IMG/VR virus record: IMGVR_UViG_3300037483_000425 | Span: 12,686-76,685 of that record | Direction: 5' to 3' (one strand) | DNA: 64,000 nucleotides | DNA from: a virus | Lineage: Duplodnaviria > Caudoviricetes | Shown: in pieces, positions 18,205-28,462 of the stretch | How positions within the stretch are numbered: the first letter of the stretch is position 1 | How the letters are laid out: every line of letters begins with the position of its first letter | Notes under the pieces: generated by a model | Told to the model about the DNA's origin: nothing | What the model saw: only the letters and a program-made list of their open reading frames with translations | Databases searched by the model: none | Program-made: the position numbers and the translations under genes

Positions 18205-19773
18205 TCACATATCAAGCGCTTCTTGCTCTTTTCTTCTTTCTTCTTTTTCTTCTTCTTTCAATTGCCAATAAGCTTTTTCCCATGCTTCTTGCATAGCCGG
18301 CATAGCTTTGTCAATGTCTTGACAATAACGTAAAAAGCTCGCAAAATCATCAGGATGCCCTATCGAATTACCATCTGGTGTGATGTCGAATGAATATCCT
18401 GTTACCATTGCTCCTTCCTCAATCGTGCTTGCAATATAGAAATCCAAATCAACAACACCATTTGATGCTTGATTGACAATATCAAGAGCTTTCTCCAACT
18501 CTTTTCTTGTCATTTTAAAATATTCTTCATCATCTGGGTTTTCAAGAGATATGCCGCCCGTCCAACGAATAAAAGGTTCATCTTCTAATCCACCAACCTC
18601 CCAGTCAATCCAAACATTAGAAATGTCTTCAGCTAAAGTGTCATAATATTGTTGAGCTTCTTGCTCATATTGCTCTTCAATTGAAACAGCTTCTTCATTT
18701 TCATATTCAACATGACCAGAATATGCTTTAGTTTCGAAGAAATTGTTCAAAAGCGAACCACCAGCCGTGTCTGAATATGTTCCTCCGCGAATCTTAATTT
18801 GACTTTGCGGAGGGAGTTCAACTTCTCCATTATCATCATAAAAATCAGATATTTGATTTTCACGCGACCATTCTAAAACTTTATCTTCAAAACCTCCTAC
18901 GTCCAACCCATAAGTCCTTTCTTCTGGCACTGCCAAATCATATTCTTCATCACCATAATCAATAACGAAATTTCTTATTCTCAATCTTGAAATCGGCTTA
19001 ATTCCTTCAATGCTTCGTTCTTTATCTTCAAAAATTTCAGGCTGATTTAAATCAATAGATTCAAAATCATTTTTGTTTACCATATACGCTATGGCTCCAC
19101 CATTTTGGGCTTCTTGAATTGCGCATTTCCAATATGATCCTCCTTTAGAATGGCAAGATTTCAAATTCTTGTAATCGCTCATTCTAAGAAGATCAATTGG
19201 TGCCCTAGAAATAATGATCGCATATCCACTTCCTTCACGAGAATAATCGTCATACAAGTCTTGGATTGTATATAAGACCATCATTGTTCTGGCAATTTCG
19301 TCAGTTATTACCTCATATATTCCTTCTCCGGTTCTTCTTCTCCACCATCTTCTTCTTTCTTTATTATAGAGAAAGAATGGGGCATGTCTTCTACCGTGCA
19401 TTTCTATTGCCTCAACAACAGCGGCCTCTTGTTCGGGAGATAACATGCTCTTGAATTTTTTACTCAATTCTCTTTCTATTTTGGCCAGAACTTTCCCCAG
19501 TCTTCCAACAGTTTTTTGTGGGCCTTTGCGTGTTTCAACTACTTTGTATGCTTTTTTATTATCAATATCGACTTCATATCCATAATCGTCTTCTAAAATA
19601 TCTTTAATATCTTTCATTGTATCTGAAACGAAAGGAAGAGCTACTCTCAAATTTCCTTTGAATAACTCTTCAAATGGCAAATCACCCCTTTCAGACAATG
19701 CATTCTGAACGGTTCTCATGTCCAATTCCAAAAGAAAGCCTTTCAAAAATTCTCGTAGCAATCTCACATTCAT
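18205..19773 (-). CDS. Large hypothetical protein with capsid-targeting-like N-terminus
   Basis: RLLREFLKGFLLE; TATTTA overlaps ATG 19773 and lies 5 nt before GTG 19767, the likely true start. Confidence 0.8.
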   Translation of the reverse strand: MNVRLLREFLKGFLLELDMRTVQNALSERGDLPFEELFKGNLRVALPFVSDTMKDIKDILEDDYGYEVDIDNKKAYKVVETRKGPQKTVGRLGKVLAKIERELSKKFKSMLSPEQEAAVVEAIEMHGRRHAPFFLYNKERRRWWRRRTGEGIYEVITDEIARTMMVLYTIQDLYDDYSREGSGYAIIISRAPIDLLRMSDYKNLKSCHSKGGSYWKCAIQEAQNGGAIAYMVNKNDFESIDLNQPEIFEDKERSIEGIKPISRLRIRNFVIDYGDEEYDLAVPEERTYGLDVGGFEDKVLEWSRENQISDFYDDNGEVELPPQSQIKIRGGTYSDTAGGSLLNNFFETKAYSGHVEYENEEAVSIEEQYEQEAQQYYDTLAEDISNVWIDWEVGGLEDEPFIRWTGGISLENPDDEEYFKMTRKELEKALDIVNQASNGVVDLDFYIASTIEEGAMVTGYSFDITPDGNSIGHPDDFASFLRYCQDIDKAMPAMQEAWEKAYWQLKEEEKEERRKEQEALDM

Positions 19774-19836
19774 AAATACGTCACAAAAAATTCTAAATTT
19801 TTAGAAAATTTATATTGATATAAGGTATACTGAGAT

Positions 19837-20034
19837 ATGACAATCAAAAGTTCATCAAAAGAAGATCTGATTGGGGCTTGCGGCGAAGCTATTAAGGCCA
19901 TGAAACACATCAGAAATGAATTAAGAGAAATTGGATTAGATCATTATGCTGAAGTTTTACAGCGTGCAGAAACGAAATTGTGCAATAATTCGCTATATTT
20001 CTTCGATGATACCGAACCAATGACAATTATGTAA
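19837..20034 (+). CDS. Small hypothetical protein
   Basis: TATACT 5 nt before the ATG. Confidence 0.6.
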   Translation: MTIKSSSKEDLIGACGEAIKAMKHIRNELREIGLDHYAEVLQRAETKLCNNSLYFFDDTEPMTIM

Positions 20035-20233
20035 ACAAATAACCTGAGCCGCTACAAACTAAGCACTCAGAAACAGAATAAAAAAGAGCCACGTTGCCAC
20101 GACCTAAGCAGTCTGGACATTCAACTGGCTCTTTTTCTTCTTTAAAATAATCGTACTCAAAAGCGTCAAAGTCACCTATTTCATATATGTTATGGAATAT
20201 GGCGCCTTGGCGCTTTTTCTTGTTGCGGCTCAT
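20027..20233 (-). CDS. Small zinc-finger protein (DnaJ-type CxxCxGxG pair)
   Basis: CPDCLGRG and CLVCSGSG. Confidence 0.65.
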   Translation of the reverse strand: MSRNKKKRQGAIFHNIYEIGDFDAFEYDYFKEEKEPVECPDCLGRGNVALFYSVSECLVCSGSGYLFT

Positions 20234-20260
20234 ATTACTAATATATCACATAGCCGTACT

Positions 20261-22333
20261 TTAAAGCTCACACATATCTCCATCACAAAATTTGGAACCA
20301 GATATTTTTGTTTCTTTAGATTCTGAAAAGTCAATCGCTTTCAAAGAGTTAGTATATTCTTCATATTCTTCTTTTGAACATTCTTGATACGGCGCTTGAG
20401 AATAAGAATGGTTCGATAATGGCAAAAAGCTTAATGTTTTTACATAAGGAGCGCAAAACTCTATAACACGACCTAAGTCCTTGTTTTCCTCTTCTTTAAA
20501 TGTGATCGTGCAAGACACAGAATTGTCCGACCAATAGTATTGCATTTCTCTAACTGTTAGTGCTTGCTCCCAAATTGATGTATTAAATTTGCTTTTTGTG
20601 AAATTCTCTTCTTTTACTGGGAAATAGATAACTACCGTTCCACCTTTCTCGGCAAACATTTTAAGAACATCGGAATCTCTAATGAGCATATCTTTAGGAA
20701 TTTTTAAATTTTGCTCCTTTTCGATTTCTTGTAATATGGATTCATCTGTCATAGAAAACTCCATACGATATCTCGATTTATAAAGACTCATTACTAGCGG
20801 AGAAGAAGCACTACACCTAACTGTTCTCCAGTAATATTCACTATGCGTAAAATGAACACCAGGCGTAGCTCCAGCCAAAATAGAAACCGTTCCACTTGGC
20901 TTAACTGTTGTCATTCTTACAGATCTTGGTATTCCCAACCATCGTGAATAAACTCTGTCCCAACTTTTAATGCTAGAGTATCCTGTGTCACAAAAGTCTT
21001 TCATAAAAGAATTGTGTCCGTATAATTTTATAGCCTGTTGAATTCCAGACATTGAACATCCGATTCTTCTATTCCGCATCATAACTGCATTTGTTCTTTC
21101 GTCATGCGTTGGAATAAGGGTAACTGTTTTAGCATACAAATAAGCAAACTTAAGGGTTTCTAAAAAGTCCTCAGAAGATTTGTGATTGGCCGGGAAAGTC
21201 TCTACCAAACAACACAATTCATAGTCTTCCAATTGCTGCTCTGCGCAAGGGTTAAATCCAGACACATTATCGTATCTTTCTGATTCAAATGGAATCCAAC
21301 CATCTTTCATGCGGCCATGATGTCTAGCATTGTCAATAAAAATAAGACCTGGTTCTCCATTAAATGCAATATTATCTGTCACTTTTGAAAAATCAGATGA
21401 AAGATTTGCAAAAACCGAATTGTTGCTCGCCCATCTTCTATCTAGCAATTCTTTCGAACAAAGAGAAGGGCTTTTCATTTTTACATAATCAACATCATCG
21501 ATTTCTCCAATCGCTAATTCTGCACTTCTTCTTACATTGCCAGCAACAACACATTTTCCAATATAATTCATTATATCAACAATTGTAACTGAATCTATCG
21601 GATCTCCAATAAGATTATCTAACATTTTTCGTATATTAGAATGTAAATCTATTAAAGGTTGTGGCCCACTAGATTTGCCTCCAAATCCACGAATCAATGC
21701 CCCATATGGGCGAATTTGATCGTAATTGAATTCAACATAATTTCCATTTTGATATGAGTTAAGAAGCAACTTAACTGACTCAACCCATCCTTCTCGTGAA
21801 TCTGGTATTTCATAGATAATTTTTGAATTTTTAGGTTGTTTTATAATGATAGCCCCATTTCCTTTGGCGTCGAATCCGACACCAACGCCAAGCATTAGCA
21901 TGTCCATAGCCCAAGCAAATGGAGAAGCAAATTCAACATTTATATTTTTGGTACTTACATAACCACAATTATTGAGGGCAGCACTTCCGATTTTGTCCAC
22001 CAACTTTGTGCCCATAATCCATAATCCCCTTCCTGGTGGCAAAAACTTAAATTCCCACATACGAGTGAAGAATTCTTGTGCCGTCTTTTGAGCCTTATGT
22101 GCATTCCATGGCAATCCATTTGTTTTGCAATGATTTTCCTGAACAGAAAATGTCCCTTCAGTTACCCGCTTTAATGTGTCAAAAAATTCTTCCTGAACAC
22201 CCTCTTCTGTCATGCGAGAATATGTTCTTTTGTACGTAAAATAAGATAGGGTTCCATAACCCCATTCAGGTTGTTTTTCTCTGTATTTCTCTAAAAATCT
22301 ATCAGAAAGTTTAAATGCCATTATTGTGCTCAC
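20261..22333 (-). CDS. nrdJ: Class II (adenosylcobalamin-dependent) ribonucleotide reductase
   Basis: PPGRGLW, ALNNC, GFGGKSSGP, GNVRRSAE, NPCAEQ, TTVKPSGT. Confidence 0.9.
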   Translation of the reverse strand: MSTIMAFKLSDRFLEKYREKQPEWGYGTLSYFTYKRTYSRMTEEGVQEEFFDTLKRVTEGTFSVQENHCKTNGLPWNAHKAQKTAQEFFTRMWEFKFLPPGRGLWIMGTKLVDKIGSAALNNCGYVSTKNINVEFASPFAWAMDMLMLGVGVGFDAKGNGAIIIKQPKNSKIIYEIPDSREGWVESVKLLLNSYQNGNYVEFNYDQIRPYGALIRGFGGKSSGPQPLIDLHSNIRKMLDNLIGDPIDSVTIVDIMNYIGKCVVAGNVRRSAELAIGEIDDVDYVKMKSPSLCSKELLDRRWASNNSVFANLSSDFSKVTDNIAFNGEPGLIFIDNARHHGRMKDGWIPFESERYDNVSGFNPCAEQQLEDYELCCLVETFPANHKSSEDFLETLKFAYLYAKTVTLIPTHDERTNAVMMRNRRIGCSMSGIQQAIKLYGHNSFMKDFCDTGYSSIKSWDRVYSRWLGIPRSVRMTTVKPSGTVSILAGATPGVHFTHSEYYWRTVRCSASSPLVMSLYKSRYRMEFSMTDESILQEIEKEQNLKIPKDMLIRDSDVLKMFAEKGGTVVIYFPVKEENFTKSKFNTSIWEQALTVREMQYYWSDNSVSCTITFKEEENKDLGRVIEFCAPYVKTLSFLPLSNHSYSQAPYQECSKEEYEEYTNSLKAIDFSESKETKISGSKFCDGDMCEL

Positions 22334-22447
22334 TCAGTTCATAATATAAGAATTCGCCTTACTATCCCTATTTCTAATAAGGATGTACGTACCATCATCT
22401 CTTCGTATTAAATGTCGAATTTTTAATTACTGTTCAAAATCTCCAAC

Positions 22448-23878
22448 TCAAAAATCTTTTTTGTCTGCCTTCAATTTTTCTTTAAGGCGTCGCTTAAAAT
22501 CATTATTTTTGTCTTCTTCAGATTTGGAAAGCTCTGCGTATTCTTCTTGAGAGATTACAGAAAACCGAGATGTTCTCTTGTCCACCTTCATGGGCAGAAT
22601 GTCCCCATCACGGCCGTTACGATTCTTTGCATTGAATCCCATCAAGATTCCCTTGATCTTGTCCTGCGGCTTACAAGCTCCTGTAAAAATAAAATCTGGG
22701 ACGTCCATCTTTCGAAAGGATTCGCTCATGTTCTCGCCCGTCATTAACTCAGCAGAACTTCCCTCTTTATTGCTCTGAGAAGCTGACCAAACAGCAAATT
22801 TGGGAGTCGTTTCACGTCCCAAGTTTCTCAAGTCACGATAAATCGCCTTGAACTCGTGACGACTTGCCGTTTCAAACTTTTTAATGGAACACATTTCATC
22901 AGCATAATCAACAATAACCAAGTCTGGCCAGAAATTCTTTTTCATCATTAATTTCTGAATGTGTCCACGGATTGTTGTGGTCGTGACTTGGCTTGAAGGA
23001 TATTCTTTAATGATCAGCCGACCCAGATTATTCCCATTTTCTTCATACCAACGATTAATCCTCTCTCTGTTTTCTGGGATTTCTCTATTGTTTACGCCGG
23101 TAAACCATCCGTCATACCTGCGGCCAACTTCTTCTTCTCCCATTTCTAATGTATAATGAAGAACGTTGTATCCCTTTTTAACAGCATATGCTCCCATTGC
23201 GACAAGCCAATGAGATTTCCCAACAGATGGCGCCCCAACAAAGATTCCAAGCTCACCACGTCCCAATCCCCCATCCAAAACCTCTTTCTGATCGATCTCA
23301 GGGATTCCTGTAGGGATTGGATCACGCATTGATGTGCTAAATCTGGCCTCTCTATCTTCTTCAAAATCATGCCCAACCGAAACTTCATCTCCGGCCGTAA
23401 GCGCATGCTTCATAACTTCTAAAACTTCAGGATATCGATCTTCAATAATAAGCTCTGTGCTATGATACAAAGCCTCTTTCATAGCTTGCTTTTTGCAGAA
23501 ATCTAATGCTTTTTCTTTGACATAGGGAAGGTCCCGAAGATCAGGCTCTTCCTTCGTCTTCTTCAAAAGCGGAACAATCCTTCTTAATATAATCTTGTCA
23601 GAATCCGTTCCATTATCTAATGCATCTTTTAGAATTCCTGCCAAAATTGCAATTGTAGGGAAGGTTCTATACTGATGATAGTAATCATAATATCTCTTAA
23701 CCAGGTATTGAAAATGCTCAAGCTCAAAGTATTCAACCTTGATAATCTCGACCATTTGCTCAGCCCAAGAAAAATCAATCAACAATGCTTGAATTACTCT
23801 TTCTTGAAAGTCTTCTCCGTATCCAGAGAAAGTAGGATTATCCATCGAGCTATCGCCCGAAGCCAGTTTATTTGTCAT
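22448..23878 (-). CDS. Replicative DNA helicase (DnaB/T4 gp41-like)
   Basis: Walker A GAPSVGKS, YTLEM, IVDYAD, ASQSN, KNRNG. Confidence 0.9.
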   Translation of the reverse strand: MTNKLASGDSSMDNPTFSGYGEDFQERVIQALLIDFSWAEQMVEIIKVEYFELEHFQYLVKRYYDYYHQYRTFPTIAILAGILKDALDNGTDSDKIILRRIVPLLKKTKEEPDLRDLPYVKEKALDFCKKQAMKEALYHSTELIIEDRYPEVLEVMKHALTAGDEVSVGHDFEEDREARFSTSMRDPIPTGIPEIDQKEVLDGGLGRGELGIFVGAPSVGKSHWLVAMGAYAVKKGYNVLHYTLEMGEEEVGRRYDGWFTGVNNREIPENRERINRWYEENGNNLGRLIIKEYPSSQVTTTTIRGHIQKLMMKKNFWPDLVIVDYADEMCSIKKFETASRHEFKAIYRDLRNLGRETTPKFAVWSASQSNKEGSSAELMTGENMSESFRKMDVPDFIFTGACKPQDKIKGILMGFNAKNRNGRDGDILPMKVDKRTSRFSVISQEEYAELSKSEEDKNNDFKRRLKEKLKADKKDF

Positions 23879-23890
23879 ATTGTCTCCTTA

Positions 23891-24847
23891 TTAGGTACTG
23901 TAAATAAGGAAATGAAAAGCATTGCAGATTTGATCTGGTTCAAGGCCATCAAGTTCAAGATCTAAATACGATCTCAAAAACTTAATCTTGTTCCACTGCG
24001 GCGTGTACTCATCTACAATTTTGTTGATCTCTTGAATCTGTCCATACGACAAAAGATTATTATCCAATGTCATTAGTTTCATATTCCTTCGAACAATCTC
24101 TTCATTCTCCACAATATTTGTATACATAGCGAGAGGTTTTTTATCCTCAGAAGCATGCTTCTTGCTCTCATTAATGACATCATCAATCGTTATATCATTA
24201 TCTTTAAAATCAAATCTCTTTGCCAATGTCTTAAACCCAACACGAGGAACACCAGGAATGTTGTCAGAGTTATCTCCATTTAGAGCCTTGGCAACACAAA
24301 AATTCTTCGGAGCGATGTTGTATTCACTAATAACATCCTCCATATTCATAAATGTCTTCTTCCCAGGGCGATAAATCTTTGTCTTTTCATCTAATAATTG
24401 ATAAAAATCTTTATCAGATGAAACAATGATCTTATCTAAGTCTTTAAACTTTGTTGTGCAAAGATATCCAATAACATCATCCGCCTCACAATTCTCCACA
24501 TAAATTTGAGTTACCGGCAAAGCCTGGAGCAATTGAATTATGCATCTCTTTTGATAATCCTCATTCTCTGGCGTATCAGGAATCGCATCTCCATAAAATC
24601 GATTTGTTCGCAATGGCTTTCGCCTCTGTTTGTACTCAGGAAAAAGTTTAAGACGTTTTGGGGAACCACCGCCTTCCCATATGACAAACACTTTTGTTGG
24701 GCTTAGACGTTTGCTGAGAGCCGCCAGAGCCTTCATAAACCCAACCGTGCCGCCAACAAGCTCTCCATTCCGATCATGTTGAGGATTCGCCATAAAATGA
24801 CGAATAAAGTTGTTCATTGCATCAATTAATAATATCGGACGAGACAT
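23891..24847 (-). CDS. 5'-3' exonuclease / RNase H (FEN-like)
   Basis: LIDAMN, FPEYKQRR, EADDVI, SSDKDFYQL, GDNSDNIPGVPRVG. Confidence 0.92.
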   Translation of the reverse strand: MSRPILLIDAMNNFIRHFMANPQHDRNGELVGGTVGFMKALAALSKRLSPTKVFVIWEGGGSPKRLKLFPEYKQRRKPLRTNRFYGDAIPDTPENEDYQKRCIIQLLQALPVTQIYVENCEADDVIGYLCTTKFKDLDKIIVSSDKDFYQLLDEKTKIYRPGKKTFMNMEDVISEYNIAPKNFCVAKALNGDNSDNIPGVPRVGFKTLAKRFDFKDNDITIDDVINESKKHASEDKKPLAMYTNIVENEEIVRRNMKLMTLDNNLLSYGQIQEINKIVDEYTPQWNKIKFLRSYLDLELDGLEPDQICNAFHFLIYST

Positions 24848-24848
24848 A

Positions 24849-25265
24849 TTATTTTAAATCCTCTAATTCATCCATAAGAGCCTGAATCTGATTCTCTATT
24901 CCTTTTTTCTTGTTTTTTCTATCTTTTTTCTTGTTTTTTCTATCTTCCTTATTAAATTCCTCAAGCTCCTTCTCGAATTCTCCAAGTTTTTCTTTGAATT
25001 CTTTCATTCTTATTTCATGTTTTTTTAGTTTTTCTTTATATCTTGGATCGTGAACTTTGTAATGTCGCTCAAGTGTTGTCTCAACATATCCATAATCAAC
25101 ATCAACACATAAAAAAAGCTCTTCAACTGGATATTGAGAATATTTTTCGATTATGCCACTTATTGATGTTTTCCTGTCTTCTACATATTCCAATATAGCT
25201 CCCTCATCCATCATTTCTTTTGGTTTTGTTGGTCTTCTTGGTGGTCTTGGTGGAGTCTTTCTCAT
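24849..25265 (-). CDS. Hypothetical protein with charged coiled coil
   Basis: 138 aa; codirectional in the replication operon. Confidence 0.55.
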   Translation of the reverse strand: MRKTPPRPPRRPTKPKEMMDEGAILEYVEDRKTSISGIIEKYSQYPVEELFLCVDVDYGYVETTLERHYKVHDPRYKEKLKKHEIRMKEFKEKLGEFEKELEEFNKEDRKNKKKDRKNKKKGIENQIQALMDELEDLK

Positions 25266-25575
25266 TTTGTTCCTTACATTTTTTATATGTTACAACTACC
25301 TTTTCACATGGCTCAACTTCATAAGCTTTTATCTCTTTATACAAATTTTCAGAAAACATATCCATCCCATGTTCAGAATCATATTCATAAACAAATTGAT
25401 AAAATTTTCCATTAGGATGCTTTATTACAACCATTTGCTCCGAATACCCTCTTAACCCTCGTCCAATCTCTTTTGTATAAACAACAAAACTTGGTCCAGT
25501 ATCTCCATCATTTATTTCATGCCCCATTAAAAAAGCAAGCTCATTAGGATGGAATAACCTTGTTATGTAACTCAT
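25204..25575 (-). CDS. Hypothetical protein
   Basis: ATGA overlap with the dUTPase stop. Confidence 0.6.
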   Translation of the reverse strand: MSYITRLFHPNELAFLMGHEINDGDTGPSFVVYTKEIGRGLRGYSEQMVVIKHPNGKFYQFVYEYDSEHGMDMFSENLYKEIKAYEVEPCEKVVVTYKKCKEQNEKDSTKTTKKTNKTKRNDG

Positions 25576-26021
25576 TTCAATCCTGTGCTTCCCAACTTTC
25601 CATCTCCACGACTTGTCTCTTCGTCATAAATCTCATCAGACTCAACAAGCTCAACATCATAATTGACCTTCACAAAAACTCCCTGAGCTATCTTTGTCCC
25701 TGGATCAATTGTTTGAGTCTCTGTTCCAATATTATGAAGATTGATAAATACGTCATCATTATAACCATAATCAACCACACATGAACCAACAACAAGACTC
25801 TTCTTTGCAGCAATGCCTCCCTTGTTCTTGATCTCAAGCATATAACCATTCGGGACTTCTATCTTGAGTCCCGTTGGCAATAAAACAGATTCTCCTGGGG
25901 CTATCTCCTTCGATAGCCTGTCTTTTCTCGGGCAATAAAACAAATCCATGCCAGCATCTGTCGCGTGCGCCCTGACCGGCATCTTCGCACTCTCATGAAG
26001 TTTTTTAATTCGAATTTTCAT
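25572..26021 (-). CDS. dut: Trimeric dUTPase
   Basis: DAGMDL, VVDYGY, IAQGVF, RGDGKLGSTG. Confidence 0.92.
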   Translation of the reverse strand: MKIRIKKLHESAKMPVRAHATDAGMDLFYCPRKDRLSKEIAPGESVLLPTGLKIEVPNGYMLEIKNKGGIAAKKSLVVGSCVVDYGYNDDVFINLHNIGTETQTIDPGTKIAQGVFVKVNYDVELVESDEIYDEETSRGDGKLGSTGLK

Positions 26022-27253
26022 GCGATTTCCTCCATTGCTTCATCTTCGGCAAACATATCATCAATCGTTGGATCACGAACTTCGGCTTCCTTATTCTTCC
26101 TATCCATCTTTGTCGACATCAAAGCATCATAACATTCTTTTGTTAGATCTTTATAATCTTCCATTAATGTATTCTCGGTCTTCACTCTAGCGAACTTAAT
26201 CTCTTCAATCTCTTCACCAGTTTTGAAGATTGTTATTTTTCTTTTCGATCCTCCGCCATCAAACTTACAAAGTCGACCATCACTCAATTCAATCTCTTTG
26301 ACAGCGATAAAGCTTTCCCAAATTGGCATATGCTCTTTCAATCCAACTCCAAAATGAATATCAATCTCACATGTCCTAAAAGGTGCCGCAACCTTATTCT
26401 TGGCAGTTCTTGCTCTTACGCGGATACCGCAAGGCTGCGCTCCAGCAGCAACAGCTAATTTCTTTTCTTGTTCTTTTGGCCAAACCTGAGTAACAGGCTT
26501 TATCTCAAGAGCTACACTTTTCGCATATTTAACGAATGAACCACCTTTTGTTTGATGCTTATTCGTATCATATTTGTTGACATTGAATAAGTCATACCAT
26601 TGATTTACAATAACAAAAGCGGCAGCGCTCTCATTAATCGCTGGCGTAATCTTCCTCATCCCAAAAGTAATTTGTTTTGCGTTCAGTCCAGGTCTTTGAA
26701 TATCATCAAAATCCATGTCTCGTTCAATACGTGACCCAATTCCTCCTAAGCTATCCCAGAAAATTCCAATAGGAACAGTTTTTCCATATGGTGCCATTTC
26801 CTTAAGGAATTCATCAGCCGCTTCAAAAACGCCTTCAATAGAATCGACCTTTGCATATATAAATCTTTCACTAATATCGACACCTAAACTTTTAAGATTA
26901 TTAATTGATGTTGCAAGTTCTGTGTCAATGTATAGACATATTCCACCAGCTTGCTGAATCCCTCTTGCAATCTGATAACAAATATGAGATTTGCCAATCG
27001 ATTCTGGTCCGTATATCTCAACGAATCTGCCACCAGGAATGCCTCCTTGACCTTCATGCATCCCCGAGCAAATCCAATCTAAACCCCATGATTGTGTTGA
27101 GTACCATCTTTCAATCTTGGCAGGATCTTCGTCTTTTGAAAGGTCATAGTAAACTTGAGATCCGAACTTCTTATTAAGACGAGTTAGCATTCCGGCAGCG
27201 AACTCTTTAATTTCATCAGCATTAGGTTGTTTCTTATTTTTGCTTTTAGCCAT
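26018..27253 (-). CDS. recA: RecA/UvsX recombinase
   Basis: GPESIGKS, YIDTE, WDSLG, VIVNQ, KNKVAAPF; start placed at MAKSK (GGAG SD). Confidence 0.92.
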   Translation of the reverse strand: MAKSKNKKQPNADEIKEFAAGMLTRLNKKFGSQVYYDLSKDEDPAKIERWYSTQSWGLDWICSGMHEGQGGIPGGRFVEIYGPESIGKSHICYQIARGIQQAGGICLYIDTELATSINNLKSLGVDISERFIYAKVDSIEGVFEAADEFLKEMAPYGKTVPIGIFWDSLGGIGSRIERDMDFDDIQRPGLNAKQITFGMRKITPAINESAAAFVIVNQWYDLFNVNKYDTNKHQTKGGSFVKYAKSVALEIKPVTQVWPKEQEKKLAVAAGAQPCGIRVRARTAKNKVAAPFRTCEIDIHFGVGLKEHMPIWESFIAVKEIELSDGRLCKFDGGGSKRKITIFKTGEEIEEIKFARVKTENTLMEDYKDLTKECYDALMSTKMDRKNKEAEVRDPTIDDMFAEDEAMEEIA

Positions 27254-27264
27254 AAAATTTCTCC

Positions 27265-27296
27265 AAAAAAACAGGGTGACAAGAGAAATCACCCTG
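27265..27296 (-). terminator. Intrinsic terminator between ssb and recA
   Basis: CAGGGTGA-N9-TCACCCTG followed by T7 on the minus strand, immediately before the recA SD. Confidence 0.7.
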
Positions 27297-27344
27297 CTTT
27301 TATAACCTTCAAGCCTAATGCTTGTCTCTTAGGTCCATTTTGTC

Positions 27345-28268
27345 TTATTCGTCAGCTTGATAAGCTTCTAGTGCAGCTTTTGCTTCTTCGGTACTCATAA
27401 CGTCACCACTTTTCTTAGATTTGTGACCTTTTTTCTTAGGTGCCGGCTCTTTGGATGGTGCTTCCGCCGCTGCATGGTGTTCCGTACCAGAGTCATTTAC
27501 TTCTTCATCTGTCGGAGTTGCACTATTGGCAAAATTCTCTAATAGCTTCTGAAGTCCTGCGTAATCATGACGCTGCCACTTAACCGCTTCCATCAATTCC
27601 GGAACCCCATTGAGCCATTTTTCAATTTGCTCAGGGTCTTCGCTCAATGGACGATTCTTGAATTCTGGATCAACCGCCCCAATCTTTTTATTCATTGGCT
27701 TTTTCTTACCGGCAACATGCACAACACTTACCGTTAGCCAACGAGCATTGTCCGGATCATTCAGAACTCCATAATCGTCATACTTCATAAAAAGTTCCGT
27801 CAACCTCTTATGAACAAAGCTTGAGCTAAACTTCCAAAGTCTTGGACCTAACTCTTCCTCTCCCTCAACAATAAGTGGAATATATGCAGTCTGCGAAGCA
27901 AACAACTTCTTTGCCAATTCCTTGTCTTGGTTTACTCCATTTTCGTCAACCTCTGTGCTGTCCCATAATTCATCAATGCTTGCTTGAACAGGATCAGGCT
28001 CTCCGAATTGCTTAAGGGTCAATGGAGCTTTAATAAAGCGTCCATTTTCATCCTTTTGTCCACCAAGAGCGTAGTAAAACCATAACTCCTTGAATGGATA
28101 ATCTTCCTGATCAGGCCAAGGAAGCAAATATACTTTGTATTCTATGCTGGTCTCGCCATCTGGAAGCTGAGGTGTCCAAAAAATGCTCTTTCTCGATGTT
28201 CTTGGTCTCTCTCCGCTCAAGCGTGCGAGGTTATTCTTTAATTTGTCTAGATTTAGCTTTTTTACCAT
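27345..28268 (-). CDS. Single-stranded DNA-binding protein (T4 gp32-like)
   Basis: FWTP, YPFKELWFYY, GEPDPV, GPRLWKF, acidic C-tail; located next to recA. Confidence 0.8.
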   Translation of the reverse strand: MVKKLNLDKLKNNLARLSGERPRTSRKSIFWTPQLPDGETSIEYKVYLLPWPDQEDYPFKELWFYYALGGQKDENGRFIKAPLTLKQFGEPDPVQASIDELWDSTEVDENGVNQDKELAKKLFASQTAYIPLIVEGEEELGPRLWKFSSSFVHKRLTELFMKYDDYGVLNDPDNARWLTVSVVHVAGKKKPMNKKIGAVDPEFKNRPLSEDPEQIEKWLNGVPELMEAVKWQRHDYAGLQKLLENFANSATPTDEEVNDSGTEHHAAAEAPSKEPAPKKKGHKSKKSGDVMSTEEAKAALEAYQADE

Positions 28269-28353
28269 TTTGTTATCAACCTTTCGTTCTCTGTGGTTGT
28301 TGAATACCCGAGCTTTCGTTCTCTGTCGCCCTTTTGGGTACTCTAATATTATA
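28269..28353 (-). promoter_or_regulatory. ssb promoter and structured leader with duplicated 14-nt loop
   Basis: TATAAT at 28348-28353; ACAGAGAACGAAAG at 28313-28326 and 28281-28294; GAGTACCC/GGGTATTC stem. Confidence 0.7.
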
Positions 28354-28462
28354 CGATCAAATGGTAAGTTTATAAAAAATCTGCCTCCCTAATTTAATCA
28401 ATGATTTCAATAACTTATAAGAATTTTTACTTAAAATTTTAAGTAATAATATCAAGCACTTA

